From NCBI GenBank assembly GCA_035627655.1, contig DASPLI010000001.1, positions 323,355 through 387,354 of the forward strand: a stretch of DNA of 64,000 bases, given 5' to 3'. Source of the stretch: Minisyncoccota bacterium (GTDB lineage: Bacteria; Patescibacteriota; Minisyncoccia; Phycocordibacterales; Phycocordibacteraceae). The notes under the pieces were generated by a model. That model did no database searches, was not told where the DNA came from, and worked only from the letters and a program-made list of their open reading frames with translations. The position numbers were made by a program, and so were the translations under genes. Below, piece after piece: positions 48,971 through 59,007 of this stretch (position 1 is its first letter; each line of letters begins with the position of its first letter).

Positions 48971-49510
48971 ATGAAGAAACTGACCATAGGAGTTTTTGCT
49001 GCGCGTGATGCCGCTGAGAAGGCAATCAACGAGCTGCATAACAAAGAAAAAATCCCGACGGAAGATATTTCCTATATCTACCGAAATACGAGTGGCGAAG
49101 TGAAAGAGCGTGATGCAGATGATATCGCTCGCGACACGATGGGGGAGAGTATTGGTAAGGGTGCGACGGTCGGCGGTACCTTGGGCGCGCTTGCCGGTAT
49201 TGCAACGTTTGCCGGCATACTCCCAGTCATCGGTCCACTCTTCGTAGCCGGCCCCCTTGCTGCAGCACTCGGATTTAGCGGTGCTGCCGGAGCGGCGGTT
49301 GCTGGTGGTGCTGCCGGAGCGGCAGTCGGCAGTATTGTCGCGGCCCTTGGCCGGCTCGGACTCTCTTCCGAACACGCGCAGCGCTACGAAGATCATGTGA
49401 GTGCGGGCAACATTCTCGTTACCGTCCACACGGATGAACAGGCGGATGTGATAGGCGTGCTTACTGCTGCCGGTGCTGTTGATGTCGAGAGCTACGCAGT
49501 TTCCGTCTAA
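48971..49510 (+). CDS. General-stress / glycine-zipper membrane protein
   Basis: GVF...AEKAINEL; GA..GG.LG.LAG; IGPL..AGPLAAALG; Y...V..G.ILV.V. Confidence 0.75.
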   Translation: MKKLTIGVFAARDAAEKAINELHNKEKIPTEDISYIYRNTSGEVKERDADDIARDTMGESIGKGATVGGTLGALAGIATFAGILPVIGPLFVAGPLAAALGFSGAAGAAVAGGAAGAAVGSIVAALGRLGLSSEHAQRYEDHVSAGNILVTVHTDEQADVIGVLTAAGAVDVESYAVSV

Positions 49511-49561
49511 GACTCCTTAACGAGTTGAAGGCCTCACCGAAATGGTGGGGCCTTCATTCGT

Positions 49562-50056
49562 TTACGCGACGCGCTTATGCTCCACAGCGCCGATAATGGA
49601 CAGGTTGTTGTATCTGGATCCGATGGAGGTCCAGAGGTCCGGCGTTGCGAAGATATCGTAGATCCGCGCGAAAAGTGCTTCGTCGACGCATTGGCCGTAA
49701 AAGTACAGGCTCTTGCGAACGGGACGCTGACTGCACGAGACGCAGATCATGAACGGCTGTTTGTCGGCCGGATCCTTGATCGTGATCTGTGCGTCATATG
49801 CGCGGCGCCAGATGTCCTCATTGAACGACTCAAGCGGATAGGCGAGAAACTCATGGCGCTCCATAGTGCTATCGCCACTGAAAACCGCGTTGCGATATTT
49901 CCGGTCGAGACCGGTTTCTTCGAAGGTGAGGATCTCGATAGTTGCACTTGGGCGCCGAGTGCGCATCATGGCCGCAAGCGCGGTCGCGGTGCTCATAAAC
50001 TCGGCGAACGTGACTTGCGAGAAGAGTCGCTTGTCGCGGCTGAATCTGAATGACAT
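49562..50056 (-). CDS. Hypothetical protein
   Basis: AAAGGAG upstream; ends at the bidirectional hairpin 49526-49556. Confidence 0.55.
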   Translation of the reverse strand: MSFRFSRDKRLFSQVTFAEFMSTATALAAMMRTRRPSATIEILTFEETGLDRKYRNAVFSGDSTMERHEFLAYPLESFNEDIWRRAYDAQITIKDPADKQPFMICVSCSQRPVRKSLYFYGQCVDEALFARIYDIFATPDLWTSIGSRYNNLSIIGAVEHKRVA

Positions 50057-50144
50057 CGTCTACTCCTTTCAATCAGCCTCTGTTTTTCACCCTAACCCCC
50101 GCTCTACGGGGTGTCAAACCACGCCGTCATATATACTTGGCCGT

Positions 50145-52724
50145 ATGTCTTCACCATCTCCTGGCGACTACCATATTCGCCTTAAGCACTTCACCACCCA
50201 CTTCTTCAACGCAGAGAATCAGGAGGTGCCAAGCGATACACCGGTCTTTTCCGTCGAGTTTCCGCAGTACCAGGACGTCATCGATCTTGTGCCGTATGTA
50301 CAGGATGGACAGGGACTTCGCATGGCGCTGGTTCGCTCATTCCGTCCCATCGTTGCGGAACGGACCAAGCAAGGCGTTGGCGAGCGGTTGCGTGCCCCTG
50401 AGGACACTGAGCGCATGTGGGAAGTGTTTGGCGGCTATATCCGTCAGGAAGAAGGGGAAGCGGGCATGGACCGGAGCGTGGTGCGCATTCTCGAGCGCAA
50501 GTTCCCGAACGCCCGCATACAGGGCACGCTTGAGATTCTTGGCGGGTGCTACTTCCCATCGGTTGGTACCGCAACCGAGCTTGTATACCCGCGTGCCGTG
50601 CAGATAGAAGTGGACGGAGAGTTGCCAGACGACATTGCGCTTCGCACGCCGCAGGAAATAGTGGATGGCTATCTTTCCGGACGGTACTTCTCCATGCGGT
50701 TGGTAGAGCTCGCATTTCGGTTCGCGCGCGCAAAGCGCATCCCGCTCTTCTATAACGGCGCGCCGCTTCAGCAGCTGCCGGTAACGCTCGATTCGATCGC
50801 CGACAAGCGCGTCACACTTTCTGAAGCTCGTTCACTCGTTTCAACGCTTGATGCGCGCGGTGCGACGATCGTGCATGTCGACGTGGCGGAAGTGGCGCCG
50901 CCGGAGAAGATGTTCCTCAATAGCATCTCCTCTCCGGTAACGCTTCCAAACGGCACGGAAGAAACGTTTGAGTTCGTTGTCCGCAAAGGCATCGATTCGG
51001 TCGACGTCGGCTGTTACGTGTCGACCGACGAGGGTATATTCATGCCGATCAAGGTGGGCGTACGTCCGACGCTTGCCGTGCGCAACCTCGCGCCGCACCC
51101 GATCCATACCGATACCAGTCCGCTTTTTGTTGAGGGTGTAGCAGGCTCCCTGCAAGGAACTGAAACAGCGCTTGCGGAAGTGGAAGCCGCTGCCGCAAAA
51201 GAGATTCGAGAAGAAATCAGTGTCGAGCCGTCTGAACTCATCTATATCGGTTACGACTATCCATCGCCCGGGCACAACCTTGAGCGTACCTATCGCTACC
51301 TCGCTCCTATCGATCCGGCACGCATCGGACACGGAGTACAGACGGTGGATGAGACGGTCGGCGTCTGGTATCTCGAACTCAACGATCTTCTCGCGCTCGT
51401 GGATGAGGGTGTGATCCGTGATCCACGCCTTGCGCTCAATGCCCGGTTGATCGCGCATCGCACTGGGTATCCGCTTCGCATGCTGCCAAAGGAAGACGAG
51501 GCGGCAGGCGCTCACTATGACGCGATCATCAATCATGGTTCAGATATTCAGGCGTGGCTTTCTGATACGGCGCGCGAAATCGATAACCGGCTTTCGCGCA
51601 GCGTGTACTACCGCCGCCTCAAGTCGTATTGCGAGAACGAGCTTGGGATTGTTGCGCTCACCTTTACGCATCCGGAAGAAGCGGGATTCTTCTCCGCAAT
51701 GGTGCCGGTGTTTGCGATTCCCGAGCACACAGAAGCAAAGAAAGTGCCGTTCAACTTCTTGCACGACCTATTTCATTACGCTACGTGGGGGTTTGTTCCT
51801 TTGAAGCGGGTACGGGAAGACGGTACACCCGAACTCCACTCGTTTGAAGATTACTTTGAAGCGATCGGCGGGAACGAGTGTCACGCAGTGTGGTATTCGG
51901 ACGTAATCATGCCAAATGAGTTCGGCGTCAAAGAAGCGGAAGCTATTTTCGGCGGACACTCGGTTGCTGGAGCGTTTGCCGCGCTCGGGTTTACTGACGA
52001 AGAGGCGCGGGAGACCATTCGTTCCATTGAGCTCAAAGGCGTTGTGCCGAAACGCCTCCTTGAGCATCCCGAGTTCGAGACGTTCCGTGGCGTCTTTATC
52101 AGTAGGCTCTTGAAGTATTACGTCTTGGACTACGCAAACACCGCCGGCGTGTACGAGTATTGGGAGAAGCATCCATTCGTACTCATGACTGCCGCACGAT
52201 TTTGTAACGCGTTTACGGATCTCAAGGAATATGAGCAGCACTACCTCTCGACGCTCGATGCGATCCGAGACTATACCGAAGGCCTCAATCCGCTTCGCGC
52301 GCATCTTGCTCGCGTTTCAAACCTCCGCATTCGCTTGAGCGCCATGCGTCTTGCGGTTCTCTATGAGCATCTTGGGAGTCGAGCGCCGAGCGATTCGCGT
52401 TTGCAGGAGATTGTGACTCTACTGGATCAGCTTGAAGCGGCATATAAGGAACTCACCGCACTTCGCGAAACAGTGGCGGATGTGGACCGTTCGCCCAAGC
52501 ACCTGGCGATGCTGACGCGCCTCAGTGAGCTTGAGTCAGGACTCTTCACAAAAGCCGGTACTCTTGCGCAGGGAATCATTACGGACGAGCGCGTCTTCTC
52601 ACGCGAAGAGTCGGCAACGCTTGGCGAGCGCGTCCTGCCGTTTTTTGAACCATTCCAGGTGCCGGACGATAAGGAGATCGAACAGCGAGTGGTAGAGCTT
52701 GAGGCTGCAAGCCGCGCGGCGTAG
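50145..52724 (+). CDS. Tandem Nudix-like domains fused to an unknown helical HDxxH domain
   Basis: Degenerate Nudix 1 (LVRSFRP..WEVFGG, FPSVG); Nudix 2 (EGVAGSL...AAKEIREEI, YPSPG..ER); C-terminal FLHDLFHY...NEC. Confidence 0.65.
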   Translation: MSSPSPGDYHIRLKHFTTHFFNAENQEVPSDTPVFSVEFPQYQDVIDLVPYVQDGQGLRMALVRSFRPIVAERTKQGVGERLRAPEDTERMWEVFGGYIRQEEGEAGMDRSVVRILERKFPNARIQGTLEILGGCYFPSVGTATELVYPRAVQIEVDGELPDDIALRTPQEIVDGYLSGRYFSMRLVELAFRFARAKRIPLFYNGAPLQQLPVTLDSIADKRVTLSEARSLVSTLDARGATIVHVDVAEVAPPEKMFLNSISSPVTLPNGTEETFEFVVRKGIDSVDVGCYVSTDEGIFMPIKVGVRPTLAVRNLAPHPIHTDTSPLFVEGVAGSLQGTETALAEVEAAAAKEIREEISVEPSELIYIGYDYPSPGHNLERTYRYLAPIDPARIGHGVQTVDETVGVWYLELNDLLALVDEGVIRDPRLALNARLIAHRTGYPLRMLPKEDEAAGAHYDAIINHGSDIQAWLSDTAREIDNRLSRSVYYRRLKSYCENELGIVALTFTHPEEAGFFSAMVPVFAIPEHTEAKKVPFNFLHDLFHYATWGFVPLKRVREDGTPELHSFEDYFEAIGGNECHAVWYSDVIMPNEFGVKEAEAIFGGHSVAGAFAALGFTDEEARETIRSIELKGVVPKRLLEHPEFETFRGVFISRLLKYYVLDYANTAGVYEYWEKHPFVLMTAARFCNAFTDLKEYEQHYLSTLDAIRDYTEGLNPLRAHLARVSNLRIRLSAMRLAVLYEHLGSRAPSDSRLQEIVTLLDQLEAAYKELTALRETVADVDRSPKHLAMLTRLSELESGLFTKAGTLAQGIITDERVFSREESATLGERVLPFFEPFQVPDDKEIEQRVVELEAASRAA

Positions 52725-52788
52725 ACTTCACAGATTTTGATATTCGTGGCATAGTCCTCCACGGACCGCCTACAGAAAGGAGTTCTCA

Positions 52789-53856
52789 ATGGACATCACA
52801 TTTGGCACGTTCCAGATGCACGTGAGTGCCTGGTTCATCATCTTCTTGGTCCTGTTTCTTCCGCTCGTCCTTCGACTGCTGAAGAAGCTCAAAAAGGGCC
52901 CGGAGCATCACGACTCGCGTGGCCATAAGCTCGTACCGCATACGCTCGGCAGCTCGTTCGACCTTCCGGAACAGACGATCGCTATCGTCGACGTTCGGGG
53001 ACCAATCCTCACGAGCGCTATGGGCGTGCCGCCCTTCGTGGCGCGCAATGCAACCTTTGGCATCGAGACCGGGACGCTGATTCGCGAACTTGCGGACAAC
53101 GACCAGGTCGCGGCTATCATGGTGCGCATCAATACGCCCGGCGGCACCGTCGCCGGCTCGGAAGAGATTGGCGACGCAATCGCGGAAGCGAGCGGCAAAA
53201 AACCGGTCGTGGCATTCATCGAAGACCTGTCGGCGTCCGGCGGCGTACTTGCGATGGTGGGTGCAAAAGCAATCGTTGCGCATCCATCGGCTCTGATCGG
53301 CAGCATCGGCGTGCTTGGGCCAACGCTCAAGCATTACGAAGACGTGACGGCGCTCGGCTACGGACTGCTCGGCGAAAGCGTGACCGGCAAGGTCACCGCT
53401 GAAGTCATGTATGCCGGCGCAGGGAAGGCCCTCGGCTCTCCCTTCGTTGAGCGAGATGAGAAGTCCATCGAATACTTCCAAGCACTGCTCAACGACTCCT
53501 ATGATCGCTTCCGGACGCGTGTCAGCAAGGCTCGGCATATTGCCGACGCAACACTGCGCGATCTTGGTGCTCGTGTCGTCTCAGCGGCGCACGCCAAGGT
53601 GCTCGGACTCATCGATATGCTCGGTACCGAACAATCGGTACTGGAGACGATTTGCGAAGGGCTTGGCGTCGAGCTTGAAGACGCGAACATTATCGCGGTC
53701 AAGCCGAAACCGACCTCACGCACGTCGCCTCTAAGCGCGTTCTTCGAGACCACGCCGCCGACCTCCGCTCGCATGGAGGTTGGCCACCTGCTCCGTGGCG
53801 AAACCCTCTTGCTGTGCGCGCCTCATGCGCTTCGCAGCTACGGTTTTGTTCTCTAA
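52789..53856 (+). CDS. S49 family (SppA-like) signal peptide peptidase
   Basis: INTPGG, KPVVA, SASGG and GSIGV motifs. Confidence 0.88.
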   Translation: MDITFGTFQMHVSAWFIIFLVLFLPLVLRLLKKLKKGPEHHDSRGHKLVPHTLGSSFDLPEQTIAIVDVRGPILTSAMGVPPFVARNATFGIETGTLIRELADNDQVAAIMVRINTPGGTVAGSEEIGDAIAEASGKKPVVAFIEDLSASGGVLAMVGAKAIVAHPSALIGSIGVLGPTLKHYEDVTALGYGLLGESVTGKVTAEVMYAGAGKALGSPFVERDEKSIEYFQALLNDSYDRFRTRVSKARHIADATLRDLGARVVSAAHAKVLGLIDMLGTEQSVLETICEGLGVELEDANIIAVKPKPTSRTSPLSAFFETTPPTSARMEVGHLLRGETLLLCAPHALRSYGFVL

Positions 53857-53961
53857 CCACTACGCAACCCCCGCCACTGGCGGGGGTTGTTTTCATCTTG
53901 CGGTACCTAAAGAAAGGGCGTAGGGTGCATCCCAGGCTGTTCTAAAAAAGGAGACATCCTG

Positions 53962-54903
53962 ATGCAGAAAACCTATGATCTGGCGATCGTGGGTGCCGGA
54001 CCTGCCGGCCTTGCGCTCGCGCAGTACGCAGCTACTCGTGGATTCGACTCGATCGTTCTTGAACAGAGCAATCGGCCGGGAGGACGAGCAGCGACGAGTC
54101 CGTTGCTTGAAAACGTTCCGGGATTCCCGGAAGGCGTTCAAGGGCGAATGCTCGCTGAGTACTTGTTGTCACAGACGCTTCGACTTGGTGCTGACATTCG
54201 CTTCCAGCGGCATGTCGTCCTAGTGCAACGCAAAGACGACTTCGTACGCCTCACCTGTTCTGACGGGGAAGGATTCCACGCAACGTCTGTCGTACTTGCC
54301 TGCGGGCTCTCGCCTCGGACTGGTTCGTTCAAGCGTCCGCCGCATCTGCGCGGCATTCTCTACGAACCGCCAGCGTACTACGAAACGTATCGCAACAAGA
54401 CCGTATGTGTCTTTGGCGGCGGCAACGCTGCTGGGCAGACGGCGCTTGCGTTCTCGCGGCAGGAAGGTGCCCAGGTCGAGCTGGTGGTCCCGGATTCTAG
54501 TCTTGGACGTACGATGGCTGCGTATCTGGTACACCGAATCCGCAAAACCCAGAACATACGCGTCCATGCAAATGCGCGTGTTGTGTCAGTGGGTGCTGCC
54601 AAGGCCGCACCAAGCGACCGAGGACATATCTCATCCGTCGACATTGAAGAGTCTGGAAGCGTCGTTACGTACGACGGCATCGACGCGCTCGTTGCTCTTT
54701 TAGGCGGCGAACCGTCTGTTGCCTGGCTTCCGCCGGAAATCGAGCGGGATGCAAACGGCTACATCCGTTCGTCGCCGCCCGACTACAAGACCACGATGGA
54801 CGGTGTCTATGCGATCGGTGACGTGTGCTCCGGCCGCGGCCATACAGTTATGGCCGCCTACGGAGACGCCGCCCGCGTGCTCGCCACCATTCAGGCAAAA
54901 TAA
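53962..54903 (+). CDS. Thioredoxin-reductase-like FAD/NAD(P) oxidoreductase lacking CxxC
   Basis: GAGPAG, ENVPGFP, GGGNAAGQ and GVYAIGD motifs. Confidence 0.85.
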   Translation: MQKTYDLAIVGAGPAGLALAQYAATRGFDSIVLEQSNRPGGRAATSPLLENVPGFPEGVQGRMLAEYLLSQTLRLGADIRFQRHVVLVQRKDDFVRLTCSDGEGFHATSVVLACGLSPRTGSFKRPPHLRGILYEPPAYYETYRNKTVCVFGGGNAAGQTALAFSRQEGAQVELVVPDSSLGRTMAAYLVHRIRKTQNIRVHANARVVSVGAAKAAPSDRGHISSVDIEESGSVVTYDGIDALVALLGGEPSVAWLPPEIERDANGYIRSSPPDYKTTMDGVYAIGDVCSGRGHTVMAAYGDAARVLATIQAK

Positions 54904-54935
54904 CTGGAACTCCCCGCGAAGGCGGGGAGTTTTGT

Positions 54936-55586
54936 TTAGAGCTCGGGACCGCGAAGCGGCAGATGTTTCTTGAACTCGTTTTTGGTGTAGAGACTCTCCA
55001 GGTATTCGCGCTGCTCTGGATCAAGTGCAGCAGTACCCTGTGGCACTAGCCCAAGCTTTTCTTGTGCAAAGGTGTCTGCAGCGGTAAACGAAATGCGTGC
55101 AAGTTCCTCGGGCCGTCCGCATTCCGGATCCGCTTCTTTACTTGAGGCAATGATTTCTTCCGGCACGCCAATATGCTCGCACAGTGCGATGACGTCTGCT
55201 TTAAAGAGGCCGATAAGCGGCTGGTGTACGGCAAGTCGGCTTGCCGCGCTGTAGATGCCAAGCGCGTCCTCAGTCCGGTTTCTGGTGCCGATCAAGACGC
55301 GGTGCTCCTTGAGGGAGCGCTCCAGAAGGGTCGTCCAGCGTGCAATCTCAACATTATCTGCAGTCGGACGCTCAAGAATTTCGAACGTGCCGATGCTCTG
55401 GAACCACTCCTTCTGGCGAAGATCGTTACCGAAGTACACGCCAAGCGTGCGTTCAGGGACGGTTGTCGCGTAGAGCCAGAAGGCGAGCGAGCTATCGGTG
55501 CCGCCGCTCACCGGAATCAGGGCGCCCCGGCCTTCCGGGAGGGTGGCGCGGATCCATTCCCGGAGGCGTTGGATTTTCTCTTCCAT
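54936..55586 (-). CDS. NAD synthase (NadE)-like PP-loop ATPase
   Basis: SGGTDSS, GTRNRTE..LG and PLIGLFKADV..L...GVP..I motifs. Confidence 0.75.
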   Translation of the reverse strand: MEEKIQRLREWIRATLPEGRGALIPVSGGTDSSLAFWLYATTVPERTLGVYFGNDLRQKEWFQSIGTFEILERPTADNVEIARWTTLLERSLKEHRVLIGTRNRTEDALGIYSAASRLAVHQPLIGLFKADVIALCEHIGVPEEIIASSKEADPECGRPEELARISFTAADTFAQEKLGLVPQGTAALDPEQREYLESLYTKNEFKKHLPLRGPEL

Positions 55587-55605
55587 GCGCGTATCGTACT
55601 ACTAC

Positions 55606-56142
55606 ATGCGTCCGGAAGATATACTCTCGTTTTGGTTCGTCGAGCATGGGCCCGACGACTGGTTTTCAAAGAATGATGCGTTTGATGCCTTGATACGGGA
55701 GCGCTTTGGCGCGCATCATGCATTTATTGTGCGTGGCGAATCGGTAGCATGGCGGCAGACCGCAGACGGTCGGCTTGCGGAGATCATTGTGCTCGACCAA
55801 TTCTCTCGAAACATGTTTCGCGGGATGCCGGAAGCATTTGCATACGACGAGCTCGCGCTTTCGCGCGCCCGCGAGGCGGTTGCAGTTGGCGCAGACAAGG
55901 AGGTAGATCCGGTGCGGCGCCACTTCTTCTATATGCCGTACATGCATAGCGAGTCGCTTGCTGCGCATGAAGAAGCGCTCCCGTTATTTGAGGCGCTTGG
56001 AAACGAAAGCGCGCTTCGCTATGAGCGGCTGCATAAAGAGCAGATTGAGCGGTTCGGACGCTATCCGCACAGAAATGCCGTGCTTGGTAGGGAATCGACC
56101 CCCGAGGAGCTGGCGTTTCTGGAAGCGACTCCGGGATTCTAG
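55606..56142 (+). CDS. DUF924 family protein
   Basis: LDQFSRNMFR, FFYMPYMHSE and RFGRYPHRN..LGREST motifs. Confidence 0.92.
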   Translation: MRPEDILSFWFVEHGPDDWFSKNDAFDALIRERFGAHHAFIVRGESVAWRQTADGRLAEIIVLDQFSRNMFRGMPEAFAYDELALSRAREAVAVGADKEVDPVRRHFFYMPYMHSESLAAHEEALPLFEALGNESALRYERLHKEQIERFGRYPHRNAVLGRESTPEELAFLEATPGF

Positions 56143-57011
56143 AACGAGAGTCCGACAGAGAGCGTGGTCGGGTTATCCCCGATCGGTGCAAGGCGGGAGT
56201 GATCGAGCGTTGGTGCCAGGCGAAGTGCGAGCGCTTTTGCTTTAGCATATCGCTCCTCAAGTTGTGCGAGCGTACCGATGAGTCCCTGTGTGAATACCAA
56301 GAGGCGTCCATCAATCAGCTCAAGGTCGTGAATCCACGATTCGTTTGTGAGGAATTCGAGCAAGCTCGGGTCAACGATCGCTAGCGCTTCAATCTCGTAC
56401 TGCTCCGGCGCATAGAAGCGGAAGTGCTCCTTATACGGTTCGGGAAGCATGAGCTCTCCTTTGGGGCGCACCGAGAAGAAATCTTTCTTGCAATCGAGAT
56501 AGAGATGCGGGAAGGCACCGGCAAACGAAAACTCAAAGACGGTATACGCATAAGAGGTGGAATGCTTCCCGTGTCCGATAGAAAAGGTGTATTCGTAGAT
56601 GCGTGCGCTCCGTCCTTCGTCCGTGCCGGAAACAACGTTTACGATGCGCTTGCTGTGTATGCCGCGTCCGCTTGCAAACATGACGCCGGTAAACGGCTTG
56701 GCGTTGAGCGACGCTTCGTACGTCCAGTTTCGATATGCGGCAAACTCCTGCCAGAACTTCGTGCGAGCTTTCGCAAGTTGATAGGCAAGGAAAAAGATGG
56801 TGCCAAAGATGGCGACGATGCCCATGAAGACGGCGATCTGGAAGAGTTTCGGGTTGTAGTCTGGATCTCCAAGCGAGAGATAGTGCCAGAGGGAAATACC
56901 AGCAACGAAGATTGCATCAACTATGAGCAGAAAGCGAATCAAACGCCCATGAGGACGCTGGATAAAGGTGTTCGTTGCTTCTGTTACGTGCGCCATCACG
57001 CTCTCCTTCAT
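56139..57011 (-). CDS. Hypothetical 2-TM protein
   Basis: Two TM helices followed by a soluble domain. Confidence 0.7.
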   Translation of the reverse strand: MKESVMAHVTEATNTFIQRPHGRLIRFLLIVDAIFVAGISLWHYLSLGDPDYNPKLFQIAVFMGIVAIFGTIFFLAYQLAKARTKFWQEFAAYRNWTYEASLNAKPFTGVMFASGRGIHSKRIVNVVSGTDEGRSARIYEYTFSIGHGKHSTSYAYTVFEFSFAGAFPHLYLDCKKDFFSVRPKGELMLPEPYKEHFRFYAPEQYEIEALAIVDPSLLEFLTNESWIHDLELIDGRLLVFTQGLIGTLAQLEERYAKAKALALRLAPTLDHSRLAPIGDNPTTLSVGLSF

Positions 57012-57037
57012 ACGAGGAAGCGTAGCACACTAAGCAT

Positions 57038-57421
57038 TTAGCCTCGCTGCTCTTGTTCCTGTTCTCGTCGCACGTCGCGCAGTTTCCTGAATTCGTCCCC
57101 GTACGCCTCGAGCACCTTGTCTTCTAGGTCCTCAGCATCGATAAGTTCGTTACGAGCGGAATCGATCGAGCGAATAATCTCGTCGAGTTTGAGGTGTACC
57201 GCGTGTGCATCGCGGTTTTGAGTGTTTTGAATAAGGAACACCATGAGGAAGGTGAGAATGGTGGTGCCTGTGTTCACCATGAGCTGCCAGGTGGTAGAGA
57301 AATGAAAGAGGGGACCGGTTACTGCCCAGACGAGAATGAGGAAGGCGGCGACGACGAAGGCGCCTGGAGTACCAGCGACGTGGCTCGTCCACTGTGCGAA
57401 TTTTCGAAAGAAGTTGTTCAT
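57038..57421 (-). CDS. Low-affinity iron permease (Fet4-like) family protein
   Basis: WQLMVNTGTTILTFLMVFLIQNTQNRD...KLDE motif. Confidence 0.92.
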   Translation of the reverse strand: MNNFFRKFAQWTSHVAGTPGAFVVAAFLILVWAVTGPLFHFSTTWQLMVNTGTTILTFLMVFLIQNTQNRDAHAVHLKLDEIIRSIDSARNELIDAEDLEDKVLEAYGDEFRKLRDVRREQEQEQRG

Positions 57422-57624
57422 GCTCGTTTTGCGCAGCAGCGGCAGTCATGGCCCGCAAGCTTTACCAGGCCGGCGATAACCAGGAGGGCTGGCCAGGAGA
57501 GGGAGAGGAAGGTGTCGGAGATAAGTCCGGCAGCGTGACCGAGGAAATCAAGACCGATAAGTACGATGGCGACGGGAGCAATGGCGTGGTGCGTGCACTT
57601 GCAGGTGGGGTCAACTTTATCCAT
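57418..57624 (-). CDS. Small Cys-containing membrane protein
   Basis: CKCTHH, two TM with WP.LL..AGL.KL, C-terminal CRCC. Confidence 0.6.
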   Translation of the reverse strand: MDKVDPTCKCTHHAIAPVAIVLIGLDFLGHAAGLISDTFLSLSWPALLVIAGLVKLAGHDCRCCAKRA

Positions 57625-57728
57625 TACCCCAAGGGTAGCACCCGAGACTCCTCATGGCCACGAATTTAGTGGATAACAGATTCCTGATTGAAATAGCTGG
57701 CTTAATCGGCTAGGATGCGAAGGTTATC

Positions 57729-57804
57729 GCCGATGTAGCTCAGTTGGTAGAGCACGTCCATGGTAAGGACGAGGTCACCGGTTCAATCCCGGTCATCGGC
57801 TCCA
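57729..57804 (+). tRNA. tRNA-Thr(GGT)
   Basis: GCCGATG/CATCGGC acceptor stem, AT-GGT-AA loop, encoded CCA. Confidence 0.95.
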
Positions 57805-57834
57805 AATGATTCGAGAGGGTGCTATGGTTACTTC

Positions 57835-58869
57835 ATGAACACTTCTCGAGGATTCTCACTTCTTATCGTCGTGCTCGTCGTAGCAGGGCTTGGTCTCCTG
57901 CTCCTTGGAAACCACGGTTTCAAGCCCATTCTTCAAGAGGCAGTCACTGCGCTCCCAAGCGAGCAGACTATTTTCACGTTCGAGGCGGAGCTTACGCCAA
58001 GTACCGAGATGATGTTCCGCTCTCCTCAGCCGACCAGTAGCGCCAACCCGCCCCCTGCGGAGATCGTCTCGCGCTCGACCGGCGTCGTCCTCAAGACCCT
58101 TCCAGAAGCGAGGGGCTTTGGCGGTGACATCTACAGTGGAAGCAGTCGACCAACCGTATCGCCGAAAGGGAACTACCTGGCCTACCTTTCAGGAAATGCA
58201 GTTATGATCGCTGATACGAAGGAGCATCGCGTGGCGATCACCGATCCTTCGTATGCGCAGTATCCGGAGATAAACACACGCTTGCATACCTGGAGTCCTG
58301 ACGAACGCAAGCTTCTCTTCACGCTCTCCGTTACCACTGGCTGTGGAATGACGGCCGATCCGTGCCCGGAGGTAGAAGTTCCGGAAGGATTGCCGGAAGG
58401 ATTCCTTCTTGCTGACCTTGATGCGGGCACAGTGCAACACCTAGCGAGCCTCAGCACCAAAACGCACTACTACTTTGAAGGCTGGCTCGATAACGACACG
58501 CTCGTGTTCGAACGCGACAACGTCGTATATGAATATACGCTTGGGGATCTGGCCATCACTCCTTCCTCGCGCTTCGGGACTCCGTTTGCAAAGATCAACT
58601 TCTTCTCGTTCATTGGTACAGCGGTCGATGGCACCTACCTCTATGTTCGCGGACAGGGACAGAATTCTGGCACGCCGCTCGAGCTCGTTGCTCGCAAGGA
58701 CGGCCGCGATCAGGTGATTGTGTCCTACCCATGGGCGAAGGTGCAGAGCAGGGATATCTCGATCTCTGACGATGGCCGCTTCGTGTCTTGGACCTATCAG
58801 GATACTGGGGTCACCCGGACGTACGATCTTCTTGAGCAAAAAGAGGTGAGTGAGGGCTTGGGCACGTAA
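57835..58869 (+). CDS. Secreted beta-propeller-like (TolB-like) protein with pilin-like N-terminus
   Basis: RGFSLLIVVLVV; SPKGNYLAY, WSPDERKLLF and ISDDGRFV repeats. Confidence 0.7.
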   Translation: MNTSRGFSLLIVVLVVAGLGLLLLGNHGFKPILQEAVTALPSEQTIFTFEAELTPSTEMMFRSPQPTSSANPPPAEIVSRSTGVVLKTLPEARGFGGDIYSGSSRPTVSPKGNYLAYLSGNAVMIADTKEHRVAITDPSYAQYPEINTRLHTWSPDERKLLFTLSVTTGCGMTADPCPEVEVPEGLPEGFLLADLDAGTVQHLASLSTKTHYYFEGWLDNDTLVFERDNVVYEYTLGDLAITPSSRFGTPFAKINFFSFIGTAVDGTYLYVRGQGQNSGTPLELVARKDGRDQVIVSYPWAKVQSRDISISDDGRFVSWTYQDTGVTRTYDLLEQKEVSEGLGT

Positions 58870-58906
58870 TTGTTTAAGCCATCGAAATACGCTATATAAG
58901 ACGTAC

Positions 58907-58982
58907 GCCACCGTAGCTCAGTTGGTAGAGCATTGCATTCGTAACGCAAAGGTCGCCGGTTCAATCCCGGCCGGTGGCTCCA
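58907..58982 (+). tRNA. tRNA-Thr(CGT)
   Basis: GCCACCG/CGGTGGC acceptor stem, TT-CGT-AA loop, encoded CCA. Confidence 0.93.
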
Positions 58983-59007
58983 AGAAAGAGGGGTATACTA
59001 AAGGTAT

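Noticed and set aside
57760-57834. ORF-track start of the 369-aa ORF
   Set aside because: It lies within tRNA-Thr; start moved to 57835.
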